A stretch of DNA of 64,000 bases from the NCBI GenBank assembly GCA_963806165.1, contig CAWDWZ010000006.1, forward strand, positions 657,037 to 721,036, read 5' to 3'. Under the pieces are notes generated by a model. The model saw only the letters and a list, made by a program, of their open reading frames with translations. It ran no database searches and had not been told where the DNA came from. Below are positions 26,745 to 35,918 of this stretch, one piece after another (position 1 is the stretch's first letter; each line of letters opens with the position of its first letter). The translations under genes and the position numbers were made by a program. This DNA comes from Thermoanaerobaculia bacterium (GTDB lineage Bacteria; Acidobacteriota; Thermoanaerobaculia; Multivoradales; JAGPDF01).

Positions 26745-27870
26745 CTACCATCGCAGCAGGATTAGCTCGCTGCAGAAGCCGGGGCCGAGCGCGAGCAGCA
26801 TGCCGAGGCTGCCGGCCGGCGGCCGGCGCTCGGCGAGGGTCGCCTCGAGGACGAGCAGGACCGAGGTCGAAGAGAGATTTCCCACTTCGCGGAGACTCTT
26901 CCAGGTGAGCGCGAGCGCCCCGTCCGGCACCTCGAGCGCCTGCTCCATCGCCGTAAGCACCTTTGGTCCCCCGGGGTGACAGACCCAGGAGGCGATGTCG
27001 CGGCGCGCGAGTCCGCGCGCGGCGAGGAAGGCGTCGACGTCGGATCGCAGGTGCTCTTCGACCACCTTGGGGACGTCCGCGGAGAGCACGAGCTGAAAGC
27101 CGCTCTCCGAGATGTCCCAGCCCATCACGCGCTCGGAGTGCGGATAGAAGATCGAGCGCGTGGCCACGATCTCCGGACCCGGTGCCGCCCCGGAAGGGGC
27201 GGTTGCCCGCGCCTCGAGCGCGCGGGCGCGCTTGGCTCCGACCACCACGGCCGCCGCCGCGCCGTCGCCGAACAGGCCCGAGGCGATGAGGTTGGGGATC
27301 GAGAGGTCCTGGCGTTGGAGGGTCAGGGAGCAGAGCTCGACCGAAAGCAGAACCGCGACCTCCTCGGGAAAGCCGCGCACATAGTCGGCGGCGCGTGCGA
27401 TGCCCGCGGCGCCCGCGACGCAGCCCAGTCCGAAGATCGGAATGCGCTTCAAGTCGCTGCGTAGCCCCAGGCGATTGATCAGCCGCGCGTCGATCGAGGG
27501 CGTCGCGACGCCGGTGACGGTGACGAAGAAGAGCGCGTCGACGTCGGTCACCACCAGGCCGCACTTCCCGAGCGCCGCCTTGACCGCTTCGCCCCCGATC
27601 TCCTCGGCGATCCGGATCCAGGCGTCGTTGGAGGCGCCGAAAGTGGTGAGCGCCGGATAGTCCTCGATCGCGAGCGCGAGGTGGCGCCCGCCCACCAAGA
27701 CGTTCTTGTGCAGCTGCTCGATGCGCTCGAGATTGAAGTAGCGCTGCTCCCAGTAGCCGCGCAACGCGGCGAGCAGGGTCTCCTGATCGTAGTAGTGCCG
27801 CGGAAAGGCCGAACCGACCCCGGCGATCGACCGCGTTCGCCGCGTTCGCCGCGCTCGCCCCGCCGGTCAT
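26745..27870 (-). CDS. Type III polyketide synthase (chalcone/stilbene synthase superfamily). There is a one-base frameshift near 27818-27832, just after the start codon.
   Basis: The ORF 26745..27764 holds the active-site Cys (GLGCVAGAAGIARA), the catalytic His region (HPGGPKVLTAMEQAL) and the C-terminal GFCSELILLRW. The ATG at 27870 (MTGGASAANAANAV) is one frame off. Shifting once restores ...SIAGVGSAFPRHYYDQETLLAALRGYWEQ..., the canonical N-terminus. The shift site is a GCGAACGCG direct repeat. Confidence 0.85.
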
Positions 27871-28289
27871 CGCTCGTCCCCGAGGGTCGCGCGCGCGAGC
27901 GCCGCTAAAGCCAGTGCCGCGACGAGGTCGAGGATCAGGGCCCCGCGCGCCAGTTGCCAAAAGGGCGCGACCGGGAGGCGCGTCATGCCGGCCACGGCCA
28001 GGACGAGGAGCGGCCCGCGAAAGGTCCAGGCGGAGGCGCCGACCGCGATGCCGTCCAGCCACCAGCGCGGTGTCCGCCCCCAGACGAGGAGGAAGAGCGC
28101 CAGCAAGGCCAGGGCCTCGAGTCCCCAGGAGGCGAAGAGGATCGCGCCGGGCAGACCCTCGGGACGCGCCACGCCGCGGGCCGCGAGCGGCCCCAGGTCG
28201 GGAGCGAGACCGGCGGCGTCCAGGGCGAGCGTGCCCAGCGCAAGGCTGACCAGGAGGAGGGGTGCGGCGAGGGCGAGAAAGCGCAGCAA
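27867..28289 (-). CDS. Hypothetical four-TM membrane protein. It is the first gene of the type III PKS operon, and its stop overlaps the PKS start (ATGA).
   Basis: The most protein-like frame across 27867-28290 reads (TTG)LRFLALAAPLLLVSLALGTLALDAAG...WGLEALALLALFLLVWGRTPRWWLDGIAVGASAWTFRGPLLVLAVAGMTRLPVAPFWQLARGALILDLVAALALAALARA. The start codon is uncertain. The ORF can extend to 28733, but that would overlap arsR. Confidence 0.3.
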   Translation of the reverse strand: MLRFLALAAPLLLVSLALGTLALDAAGLAPDLGPLAARGVARPEGLPGAILFASWGLEALALLALFLLVWGRTPRWWLDGIAVGASAWTFRGPLLVLAVAGMTRLPVAPFWQLARGALILDLVAALALAALARATLGDER

Positions 28290-28433
28290 GGGAGCGAAAT
28301 GATACCCCGCCGGGCCAGGGTGACCGGCGAGCCGACTCTCCCGGCGGACCGACTCTCCCGACGGTGTGGCAGATCGAAGCCGCTGAAAGGCAGCCTCTTG
28401 ACAAAGGCGCCAACCTTCGATATTTTTGGAACT

Positions 28434-28787
28434 ATGGAATCCAAATCCGCGCTCGAACGTCTCTCGGCCCTCGCCCAGGAAACCCGTCTGGCGCTCTTCC
28501 GCCGCCTCGTGCAGCAGGGCCCGGAGGGGCTTGCCGCGGGCGAGATCGGCGAAGCGCTCGAGGTCCCCGCGCCGACCCTGTCGTTCCATCTCGCGCAACT
28601 CGAGCATGCCGGTCTCGTGGTCTCGCGGCGCGAGGGGCGCTCGATCCGTTACACCACGAATTTTCGCGCGATGGAGGAGCTTCTGACCTACCTCTACGAA
28701 AACTGCTGTCAGGCCGGTACCTGCCGCTCCCAAAACACCCCCCTCGTGGCGCTCGCGGGCGCCCGGAAAGGAAAGGTCGCAAAATGA
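28434..28787 (+). CDS. arsR: ArsR/SmtB-family metalloregulator.
   Basis: 117 aa. Winged HTH (...LFRRLVQQGPEGLAAGEIGEALEVPAPTLSFHLAQLEHAGLVVSRREGRSIRY...) with a Cys-rich C-terminus, ENCCQAGTC. The stop overlaps the arsM start (ATGA). Confidence 0.85.
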   Translation: MESKSALERLSALAQETRLALFRRLVQQGPEGLAAGEIGEALEVPAPTLSFHLAQLEHAGLVVSRREGRSIRYTTNFRAMEELLTYLYENCCQAGTCRSQNTPLVALAGARKGKVAK

Positions 28788-29668
28788 ACCGCGCAGAAAC
28801 GAAAGACGAGAAGCTGGTCGGTGAAGTGCGCAATCGCTATGGACGAATCGCCGCGGGCGAAATCTCCGGCTGTGGCTGCAACGTGGGTGCCGGGGCCGGA
28901 TGCGAAACCGCGGTGGCGGTCGGCATCGGCTACGGCGCCGACGAGCTCGCCCAGCTCCCCGACGAAGCCAACCTCGGCCTCGGGTGCGGCGCGCCGATCG
29001 GCTTCCTCGCGCTCGAGCCGGGCGAAACCGTGCTCGATCTCGGCTCGGGCGCCGGCATCGACGCCTTCCTCGCTGCCCGCCGCGTCGGACCCGAGGGACA
29101 TGTCATCGGTGTCGACATGACCCCCGAAATGCTCGACAAGGCACGCGCCGGAGCGCGGCGCATGGGCTTCGCGCAGGTCGAGTTCCGCGCCGGGCGGCTC
29201 GAGGCGCTGCCGGTCGAGGACGCCTCGATCGATGCCGTGACCAGCAACTGCGTGATCAACCTGGTGCCCGACAAGCCTGCCGTCTTCCGCGAGATCGCCC
29301 GGGTCCTGAAGCCGGGTGGCCGGGTGGTAGTCTCGGACATCGTGCTCGATCGCCCGCTGCCTCCGGCGCTCGCGGCCGATCTCCTGGGCTACGTCGGCTG
29401 TATCTCCGGCGCCGAGCAGAAGGCGCGCTACTTCTCCGAGCTCGCCGCCGCCGGTCTCGGAGAGATCGAGGTGCTGCGCGAGGTCGACTACTTGGAGACG
29501 GTCCTGCAGACAGTGCCGGAGGAGGTCGCGGCGCTCCTTGCGCGCACCGGCGTCAAGCTCGACGAAGTGCGCGGAACCGTGCGTTCGGTGACTTATCGCG
29601 CGCGGCCGACCGGCGCCGGAAAGGCGGCGGAGTGCTGCGGCACCGACTGCTGCGGGGGCGCGCGGTAG
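28784..29668 (+). CDS. arsM: Arsenite S-adenosylmethionine methyltransferase.
   Basis: 294 aa. A SAM-MT fold (VLDLGSGAGIDAFLAA) is present. Conserved Cys residues are at GCGCNVGAGAGCE, GCGAP and GCISG. A C-terminal Cys cluster ECCGTDCCGG is present. These are all typical of ArsM. Confidence 0.85.
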   Translation: MNRAETKDEKLVGEVRNRYGRIAAGEISGCGCNVGAGAGCETAVAVGIGYGADELAQLPDEANLGLGCGAPIGFLALEPGETVLDLGSGAGIDAFLAARRVGPEGHVIGVDMTPEMLDKARAGARRMGFAQVEFRAGRLEALPVEDASIDAVTSNCVINLVPDKPAVFREIARVLKPGGRVVVSDIVLDRPLPPALAADLLGYVGCISGAEQKARYFSELAAAGLGEIEVLREVDYLETVLQTVPEEVAALLARTGVKLDEVRGTVRSVTYRARPTGAGKAAECCGTDCCGGAR

Positions 29669-29673
29669 AGCGC

Positions 29674-30903
29674 ATGGGTCAGCCGCACATCGCGATTCTC
29701 GGCGCCGGACCGATCGGCCTCGATGCCGCACTTTGCGCCCTCGACGAGGGCTTCACGGTAACGCTCTACGAAGCCGCCGCGCACGTCGCCGGAAACGTCC
29801 GGCGTTGGGGACACGTCCGGCTCTTCACTCCCTGGGAGATGAACCTCTCGCAGCGCATGCGGCAGCATCTTGCCGCGCTCGGCGTGACGCTTCCCGAGCG
29901 CGGCGCGATCCTGACCGGAGCGGAGTTCTGCGACTTGGCGCTCGAGCCTCTCGCCCGATTGCCGCAGCTCGCGCCCTGCCTGCGCCTCGGGACGCGCGTG
30001 ATCGAGATCGGCCGCGAAGGAGTCCCCGCGCCCGAAGCGCTCGCCTCCCCGGTGCACGCCCGAAGGCCCTTTCGCCTGCGGGTGTCGGACGAGAGGGAGG
30101 AGGGCGAGGCCGCCGCGGCCGCGCGTGAACGCATCGAACGCGCCGATCTGGTCATCGACGCGACCGGTCTCTTCGGCCACCCGAACACGCTCGGCGACGG
30201 CGGCATTCCGGCGCCCGGCGAGCGCGCCCTCGGGGGCCGCATCGATCGCTTCCTGCCCGACTTCGAGCGTGATGCCGGCGCCTGGGGCGGGCGGGCGATC
30301 CTCCTCGCCGGCGCCGGGCACTCGGCGCAGACGGCGGCCTGTGCTCTCGCCCGTCTCGCGGCCGAGCATCCGGGGACGCGGGTCTTCTGGGTCCTGCGCT
30401 CGCCGAATCCGGACTTCGGCGTCCGCGCCGACGATCCCCTGCCGGAGCGCTCGGCACTCGCGGCGCGGGCCCGCGACCTCGTCGCTTTCGCTTCCGACGC
30501 GCTAGTGCCCTACACCGGCTCGGTTGTCCAAGGGCTCGCGGAGAAGGGCAGCCGGATCGAGGTCACGTTGCGGCGTACGACCGGCGAGGAGCGCCTCGAA
30601 GTCGACCGGGTTCTGTCGCTCACCGGCGGCGTCGGGGACTTTCGGCTCTACCGCGAGCTCGACATGCACGAGAGCGACGCCAGCGCGGCGCCGCTGGCGG
30701 TCCCTCCGGCGCTGGTCGACGACGGCGCCGGCGATGGCCCGGAGAGCGCGGGCCCTGGTGGGCGCGCGATCATGAACCCCGAGCCGAACTTCTTCGTCCT
30801 GGGCGCCAAGTCCTACGGCCGCGGTGCGACCTTTCTGCTGCGTACCGGCTATGCCCAGGTCGACGAGCTCTTCGCTGAGCTCAGCGGCGTTGCCGCCATC
30901 TGA
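29674..30903 (+). CDS. NAD(P)/FAD-binding oxidoreductase of unassigned function. Third gene of the arsR-arsM operon.
   Basis: 409 aa. The N-terminal Rossmann sequence MGQPHIAILGAGPIGLDAALCALDEGFTVTLYE is followed by a second dinucleotide-binding region, GRAILLAGAGHSAQTAA. The start is 6 nt after the arsM stop. It is not ArsH, ArsC or ArsO-like in size or motif, as far as I can judge. Confidence 0.65.
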   Translation: MGQPHIAILGAGPIGLDAALCALDEGFTVTLYEAAAHVAGNVRRWGHVRLFTPWEMNLSQRMRQHLAALGVTLPERGAILTGAEFCDLALEPLARLPQLAPCLRLGTRVIEIGREGVPAPEALASPVHARRPFRLRVSDEREEGEAAAAARERIERADLVIDATGLFGHPNTLGDGGIPAPGERALGGRIDRFLPDFERDAGAWGGRAILLAGAGHSAQTAACALARLAAEHPGTRVFWVLRSPNPDFGVRADDPLPERSALAARARDLVAFASDALVPYTGSVVQGLAEKGSRIEVTLRRTTGEERLEVDRVLSLTGGVGDFRLYRELDMHESDASAAPLAVPPALVDDGAGDGPESAGPGGRAIMNPEPNFFVLGAKSYGRGATFLLRTGYAQVDELFAELSGVAAI

Positions 30904-30928
30904 ACGACCCCCTCGCCCGCGTTCCGGC

Positions 30929-33346
30929 TCACGGAACCGAGCTGCTCCAGTGCGCGAGGTCGCCGTGCCCGAAGCTCGAGGAGAAGATGTAGTTGGCGCC
31001 GCATTGGGCGGGGAGGAGGAAGCTCTCCGTCACGACGCGATCGTTCGAGGAGGCGCCGGTCGAGGCCGCGGTGCCCAGTCCGCGCTCCGCGAACGCCCGC
31101 CAGAGCGCGCACTCGTGGTCCCCATCGTAGTCGGCGGCGTCGGCGGCGAGGATCGCATCGCGGGCCTGCACGAAGCTGGGCGAGCAGGCCTGGAGCTTCA
31201 GGCCGTCGATGACGAGCTGGAAGGCGACGTTGTTGCCGCCGGTGCCGTTGTAGATGTCCGGATCGTAGCCGTCGATATCGACGAGGTTCCAGTACGCCTC
31301 CCACAACGCCGTCGCCCAGATGGTGCCGATGCCGTGTGGCTGTGAGTTGGCGGTATCGCCCACGCCGGCGTAGGTCAGCGGATTCACCGTGTTGTCCGTG
31401 GTGTAGGGGTAGCGGCGGATGCCGATGTAGCCCGCTGTATTGACCGGCTCGAAAGTGACATAGCCGCCGACACTCCTCTCGGTGGTCCGCGTGTCACCCG
31501 GCTCGGCGTGGAGGACGAGCGTCATCCAGTCGCTCCATCCCTCGCCGGCCTGCTCGACGTTCTGCAGACAGGAGACGTTGCCCGGTCCGCCGGTCAGGCG
31601 ATTCGATACGCCATGGCCGTACTCGTGCGCGATCACGCCGGCGTCGAGGTCGCTGTCGCGGTCGGGCAGCGCCGCGACCGAGCTCATGGTGACGTTGACC
31701 GTCGCCGGGAGCCCGATCTCGGCCACCAGCAGATTGCCGTTGTCCTTGCCGATCATCTGGGTCGGCGTGGTGACACCCGTGCCGTAGACGCCGCCGCCCA
31801 TGCCGGCGACGCCGTTGCTGCCGTTGTTGATGATGATCGTGCCGATCGCGCCGGCATCCTGGGCGTTGCGCGCCTTGGCGCCGAACTCGCAGTTGCCGCG
31901 CCGCAGCAGGGCGATCTTGCCGGTGACTCCCCAGGCCTGTGCCGTGGCGCAGCGCCCGTCGGCGGTCGCGCAGCAACCGTCGTTCGGGTCGGCGCCCTGT
32001 CCGTCGAGGATGTAGACCAGATCGTTGGTGACCGAGAACGGCGGCGCGAAGCCCCAGCTCCCGTCCGTGGCCGCCGCGCCAGCCGCGAAATCGCGCACCG
32101 TCGGCGAGCTCTCGTGGATATTCTGCGGCGCGTTCCAGACGTACATCTGCATGCGCGGCTGTTGGCCGTCGGCCGGCGTTGCAAAGTTGGCGTTGTTGGT
32201 GCCGGAGTTGTCCTGCGCGTCGGCGTTGACCGCGTCGCCGCCGAGGCCGCCGCGGCCGTAGTTGTTGACCTGAAAGTTGCCCGCCGGCTCGTCGAAACCG
32301 TACTGATAGAGCACGTCGTGCATGATGTTGTTCCAGTAGAAGAGATTGAGCACCGCGGCGAGCTCGTAGCTCTGCGGCGGATCGCCGAGGCTCAAGGGCG
32401 CCACGGTCGTGAAGTCGAGCGCCGCGCCACCGTCGGGCTGACTGCCGGGGTCACAGGAGTTGGCCGGCAGGTCGAAGTCGGAGCAGGCGGTGACGTTGTT
32501 GCCGACCGTGAAGTTCGACTCCGCACCGGCGATGCCGTTCGTGTCGTGCCAGCCGAAGGGCGAGGCGATGCCGCCGTCGGTATAGGGATCGACCAGATCG
32601 CTGCGCAGCCCCGACGAGTTGTCGGGTGACTCGTTGGGCGATGGAAAGACGCGGTAGGTCGCTTCGGCCGTCCAGTTCGCCTGGCCGACGAGGTCACCGT
32701 TGCCGGCGTCGACCCAGAGCTCCCACCAGTCGGCGCCATAGGGGCTCTTGATCGAGAGATTCCACACCAGGTGAAGCTCGTCGGTGCCCGGAATCCGGTA
32801 GTAGCGCAGACGCACCGGGATCGGCTGCTCGGAGACGGCCGGATTGGCAAACAGCGCCCGTTGATCGACCGCGCCGAGCTCGGCCTCCACGAGATCGAGC
32901 GCGTCGACGGCGCCGAGGCCGAGACGGGCGGCGGCCGCGATCACCGCCGCATCGGCGTTGATCCGCGGCTTCTCGCCGGCCGCGTCGGCGCGCTGCGCCA
33001 GATCGCGAACGAACGAGCCGTCAGCGAAGAGCACGCGGCCGTGGCGATCGAGGTGGACGCCGTACTCGGTGCCGTCGACCTCGAGTCCATGGATTCTTTG
33101 CCGCAGATAGAGATGCGTCACGCCGTTGTGCCGGGTTTGGTACTGATCGGTTACCGCGAGATCCGCGAGATCCGCGGGCTGGGCGCCGAGAGCGCCGGAG
33201 GAGGCACGCGCGCCGAGATAGTCGAGCGCGATCCTCCGGGCTGCGGCGTCGCTTCCGGCTTGGGCTGCAAAGGCTCCCGTCGCGGTGGCGCAGAGGAGCA
33301 CAGCGGCGGTCGCGAGACCGTTGCGAAACGAGAAGACTGGACCCAT
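30929..33346 (-). CDS. Secreted M36 (fungalysin-type) zinc metallopeptidase with an FTP propeptide and a PA-domain insertion.
   Basis: 805 aa. Signal peptide. Zinc motif VIAHEYGHGVSNRLTGG with a downstream EGWSD glutamate. The PA domain is GKIALLRRGNCEFGAKARNAQDAGAIGTIIINNGS. Confidence 0.85.
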   Translation of the reverse strand: MGPVFSFRNGLATAAVLLCATATGAFAAQAGSDAAARRIALDYLGARASSGALGAQPADLADLAVTDQYQTRHNGVTHLYLRQRIHGLEVDGTEYGVHLDRHGRVLFADGSFVRDLAQRADAAGEKPRINADAAVIAAAARLGLGAVDALDLVEAELGAVDQRALFANPAVSEQPIPVRLRYYRIPGTDELHLVWNLSIKSPYGADWWELWVDAGNGDLVGQANWTAEATYRVFPSPNESPDNSSGLRSDLVDPYTDGGIASPFGWHDTNGIAGAESNFTVGNNVTACSDFDLPANSCDPGSQPDGGAALDFTTVAPLSLGDPPQSYELAAVLNLFYWNNIMHDVLYQYGFDEPAGNFQVNNYGRGGLGGDAVNADAQDNSGTNNANFATPADGQQPRMQMYVWNAPQNIHESSPTVRDFAAGAAATDGSWGFAPPFSVTNDLVYILDGQGADPNDGCCATADGRCATAQAWGVTGKIALLRRGNCEFGAKARNAQDAGAIGTIIINNGSNGVAGMGGGVYGTGVTTPTQMIGKDNGNLLVAEIGLPATVNVTMSSVAALPDRDSDLDAGVIAHEYGHGVSNRLTGGPGNVSCLQNVEQAGEGWSDWMTLVLHAEPGDTRTTERSVGGYVTFEPVNTAGYIGIRRYPYTTDNTVNPLTYAGVGDTANSQPHGIGTIWATALWEAYWNLVDIDGYDPDIYNGTGGNNVAFQLVIDGLKLQACSPSFVQARDAILAADAADYDGDHECALWRAFAERGLGTAASTGASSNDRVVTESFLLPAQCGANYIFSSSFGHGDLAHWSSSVP

Positions 33347-33387
33347 GTTGCCTCCCGAAAAGCCGGACCTGGAGTGGATTACAAACT

Positions 33388-34116
33388 CTACTCCGCGGCC
33401 GGCAGCATGTGCAATTCAGGCACTGCCGGTGGCGCCGATTCGCCGAGCCAGGCCGGGAGCTCGCGGACGCTCGGGAGGACCGCGATCGGGCGGTGCGGCG
33501 CGAGATGCTCCAGGCGCTGGCCACCCGAGAGCACGCCGAGACTCCGGCAGCCGGCGTTTCGAGCCATCTCGAGATCGAACGAGGTGTCGCCGATCATCAG
33601 CGCCTCGCCCGGGGCGACGCCGAGCTCCGCGAAGAGTCCGAGGAGCATCCCGGGCGACGGCTTCGAGGGTGCTTCGTCGATCGTCCGCGTGGCGTGGAAG
33701 AACGGGCGCAGGCCCGTCTTGTCGAGCTCCCGTTCGAGCCCCGCCCGCCCTTTCGCCGTCGCCACCCCGAGAAGATAGCCGGCCTCGGAGAGCGCGCGGA
33801 CGGTCTCGTACGAACCCGCGAAGAGCTCCACCCGGTCCTTGTAGTCGGAGCGCCAGAGCCGGCGGTAGTTGGCGATCAGGCGCTCGGAGAGCGACTCGTC
33901 CCAGTCCGGAAAGTGGCGCTGCATCGTCTCGACGAGGCCGAGACCGACCGACTCCCGGATGCTTTCGGCCGCCGGCCGCTCGACCTCGTCGATGCCCTCG
34001 AACGCCGCCAGCGTGCAGTCGACGATCGTGCCGATCGAGTCCATGAGCGTGCCGTCCCAGTCGAAAACGAGCAGACGGAAGGAGGGCGCGCGCATCGGAG
34101 CCGCGTATCGTATCAA
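33388..34116 (-). CDS. HAD-superfamily hydrolase (phosphoglycolate-phosphatase-like).
   Basis: Motif I LVFDWDGTLMDS. Motif III and IV region MIGDTSFDLEMARNAGCRSLGV. Confidence 0.8.
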   Translation of the reverse strand: MIRYAAPMRAPSFRLLVFDWDGTLMDSIGTIVDCTLAAFEGIDEVERPAAESIRESVGLGLVETMQRHFPDWDESLSERLIANYRRLWRSDYKDRVELFAGSYETVRALSEAGYLLGVATAKGRAGLERELDKTGLRPFFHATRTIDEAPSKPSPGMLLGLFAELGVAPGEALMIGDTSFDLEMARNAGCRSLGVLSGGQRLEHLAPHRPIAVLPSVRELPAWLGESAPPAVPELHMLPAAE

Positions 34117-34183
34117 TCGAGGGGCGCGGGGCGCGGGTCACGGGCGAGCTCCTCCCGGGCAGCGCATTCCATAGACTCGTGCG

Positions 34184-35848
34184 ATGGCAACCCGCCGCCG
34201 CCTTCCCCGCTGGCTGCGCTTCGTCGGCTACGGCCTGCTCGCGCTCCTCCTGCTCGCGGTCGGCGCGGGCCTCTTCCTGCGCTGGTACTACTCGACCGAC
34301 GATCTCGACTCGGGTGGGCCGCTGCGGCCGCGGCAGGCGGCCTACGACGTGCGGCGCTACGACCTCGAGATCGCGATCGATCCGGCGACCCGGACGATCC
34401 GCGGCTCGAACCGCGCCACGGTCGTCGCCACGGGCCCGCTCGACCGCTTCGAGATCCAGCTCGACGACCGCCTCGGGGTGGCGCGCGCCAGGGTGGACGG
34501 CGCCGCCGCCACGTTCGCGCACAGCGACGGACTCGTGACGGTCGCGCTCTCGTCACCCTGGACGGCCGGCGACCGCCACAGCGTGGAGCTCGACTACGGC
34601 GGCGCGCCGAAAGTCTCGCGCCATCCGCCATGGAACGACGGCTTCGTCTGGAAGAAGACCGCGGACGGGCGGCCCTGGGTCGGCGTCACCGGCCAGGGCG
34701 ACGGCGGCGACGATTGGTGGCCGTGCAAGGATCACCCCTCGGACGAACCCGACGAGGGGATGTCGATCGCCCTCACCGCGCCCTCCGATCTCGTCGGCCT
34801 CACGAACGGCAAGCGGATCTCCGAGGTGAAGAGCGCCGACGGCACGACGACGAGCCGTTGGGAGGTCTCCTACCCGATCAACAATTACCTGGTGACGGTG
34901 AACCTCGCGCCCTACGTGCCGATCGAAGCCATCTACAAGGGGATCGACGGCACGCGCGACGAGAAGATCCTCTTCTGGGCCCTTCCCGAGCACGTCGAGC
35001 GAGCCCGCGTGCTGTGGAAGAAGGCGCCCAAGATGCTCGAAGTGCTGGGCAAGCGCTTCGGCGAGTATCCGTTCCTGCGCGATAAATACTGGGTCGCCGA
35101 AGCGCCCTTCCTCGGCATGGAGCATCAGACGCTCATCGCTTACGGCGCCGACTTCGAGGACAACAAGTTCGGCTTCGACTCCCTGCTTCTCCACGAGACC
35201 GCGCACGAATGGTGGGGCAACAAGGTGACTGCCGGCGACTGGGGCGACTTCTGGCTGCACGAGGGCTTCGCCACCTACGCCGAGGCTCTCTACGTCAACG
35301 ACACCCTGGGAGTCGAGAAGTATCTCGAGTACATGCAGCGCCCGCGGCGGCATCTTTCCAACCGCAAGCCGATCGTGCAGGGCCGCGACCTGACCGCCGG
35401 CGCGGCCTACATCGGAGACATTTACGGCAAGGGCGCTCTCGTCCTGCACACCCTGCGCTACCTCGCCGGCGACGAGCTCTTCTTTCGCATCCTTCACCGT
35501 TTCGCGACCGACGAACGTTACGCCTACAAACTGGTGTCGACCGCCGACTTCGAGGCCCTGGTCGCCGAGGAGCTCGGGGAGGAGATCCCCTGGTTCTGGC
35601 AGCGCTACCTCTTCACCGCCGCTCTGCCGCGTTATCGCGTCGATCGCGTCGCGAGCGACGACGGCCGCGAGAACGTCGCTGTCGCCTGGGACGATCCGCA
35701 GTTCGAGATGCCTCTGCCGGTCGTGGTTGGCGGCGAGACCCGCCGCCTCGAGATGAAAGGCGGCCAGGGGAGCTTCGCGGTCGCCACGGGAACCGACGTC
35801 GAGGTCGATCCCGCCGGCTGGGTGCTCGCGGAACCGGCGGAGAGGTAG
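34184..35848 (+). CDS. M1-family zinc aminopeptidase (membrane-anchored or secreted).
   Basis: 554 aa. The N-terminal TM/signal is LLALLLLAVGAGLFL. HExxH is present as LLHETAHEWWGN, with the downstream glutamate in LHEGFATYAE. Confidence 0.85.
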   Translation: MATRRRLPRWLRFVGYGLLALLLLAVGAGLFLRWYYSTDDLDSGGPLRPRQAAYDVRRYDLEIAIDPATRTIRGSNRATVVATGPLDRFEIQLDDRLGVARARVDGAAATFAHSDGLVTVALSSPWTAGDRHSVELDYGGAPKVSRHPPWNDGFVWKKTADGRPWVGVTGQGDGGDDWWPCKDHPSDEPDEGMSIALTAPSDLVGLTNGKRISEVKSADGTTTSRWEVSYPINNYLVTVNLAPYVPIEAIYKGIDGTRDEKILFWALPEHVERARVLWKKAPKMLEVLGKRFGEYPFLRDKYWVAEAPFLGMEHQTLIAYGADFEDNKFGFDSLLLHETAHEWWGNKVTAGDWGDFWLHEGFATYAEALYVNDTLGVEKYLEYMQRPRRHLSNRKPIVQGRDLTAGAAYIGDIYGKGALVLHTLRYLAGDELFFRILHRFATDERYAYKLVSTADFEALVAEELGEEIPWFWQRYLFTAALPRYRVDRVASDDGRENVAVAWDDPQFEMPLPVVVGGETRRLEMKGGQGSFAVATGTDVEVDPAGWVLAEPAER

Positions 35849-35918
35849 CCGGCATCCCGCGGCAGTTTCGAGAACTGCGGCGCGAAAGGACCGGTAAGGG
35901 GAAAAGTGCTCCGCGGCG

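Noticed and set aside
26731-28413. A 560-aa minus-strand ORF spanning the type III PKS and the upstream membrane-protein gene.
   Set aside because: It is out of frame with the conserved PKS sequence, and its translation is R/G/P-rich low-complexity. Only its first 14 codons, MTGGASAANAANAV, are probably real, as the PKS start before the frameshift.
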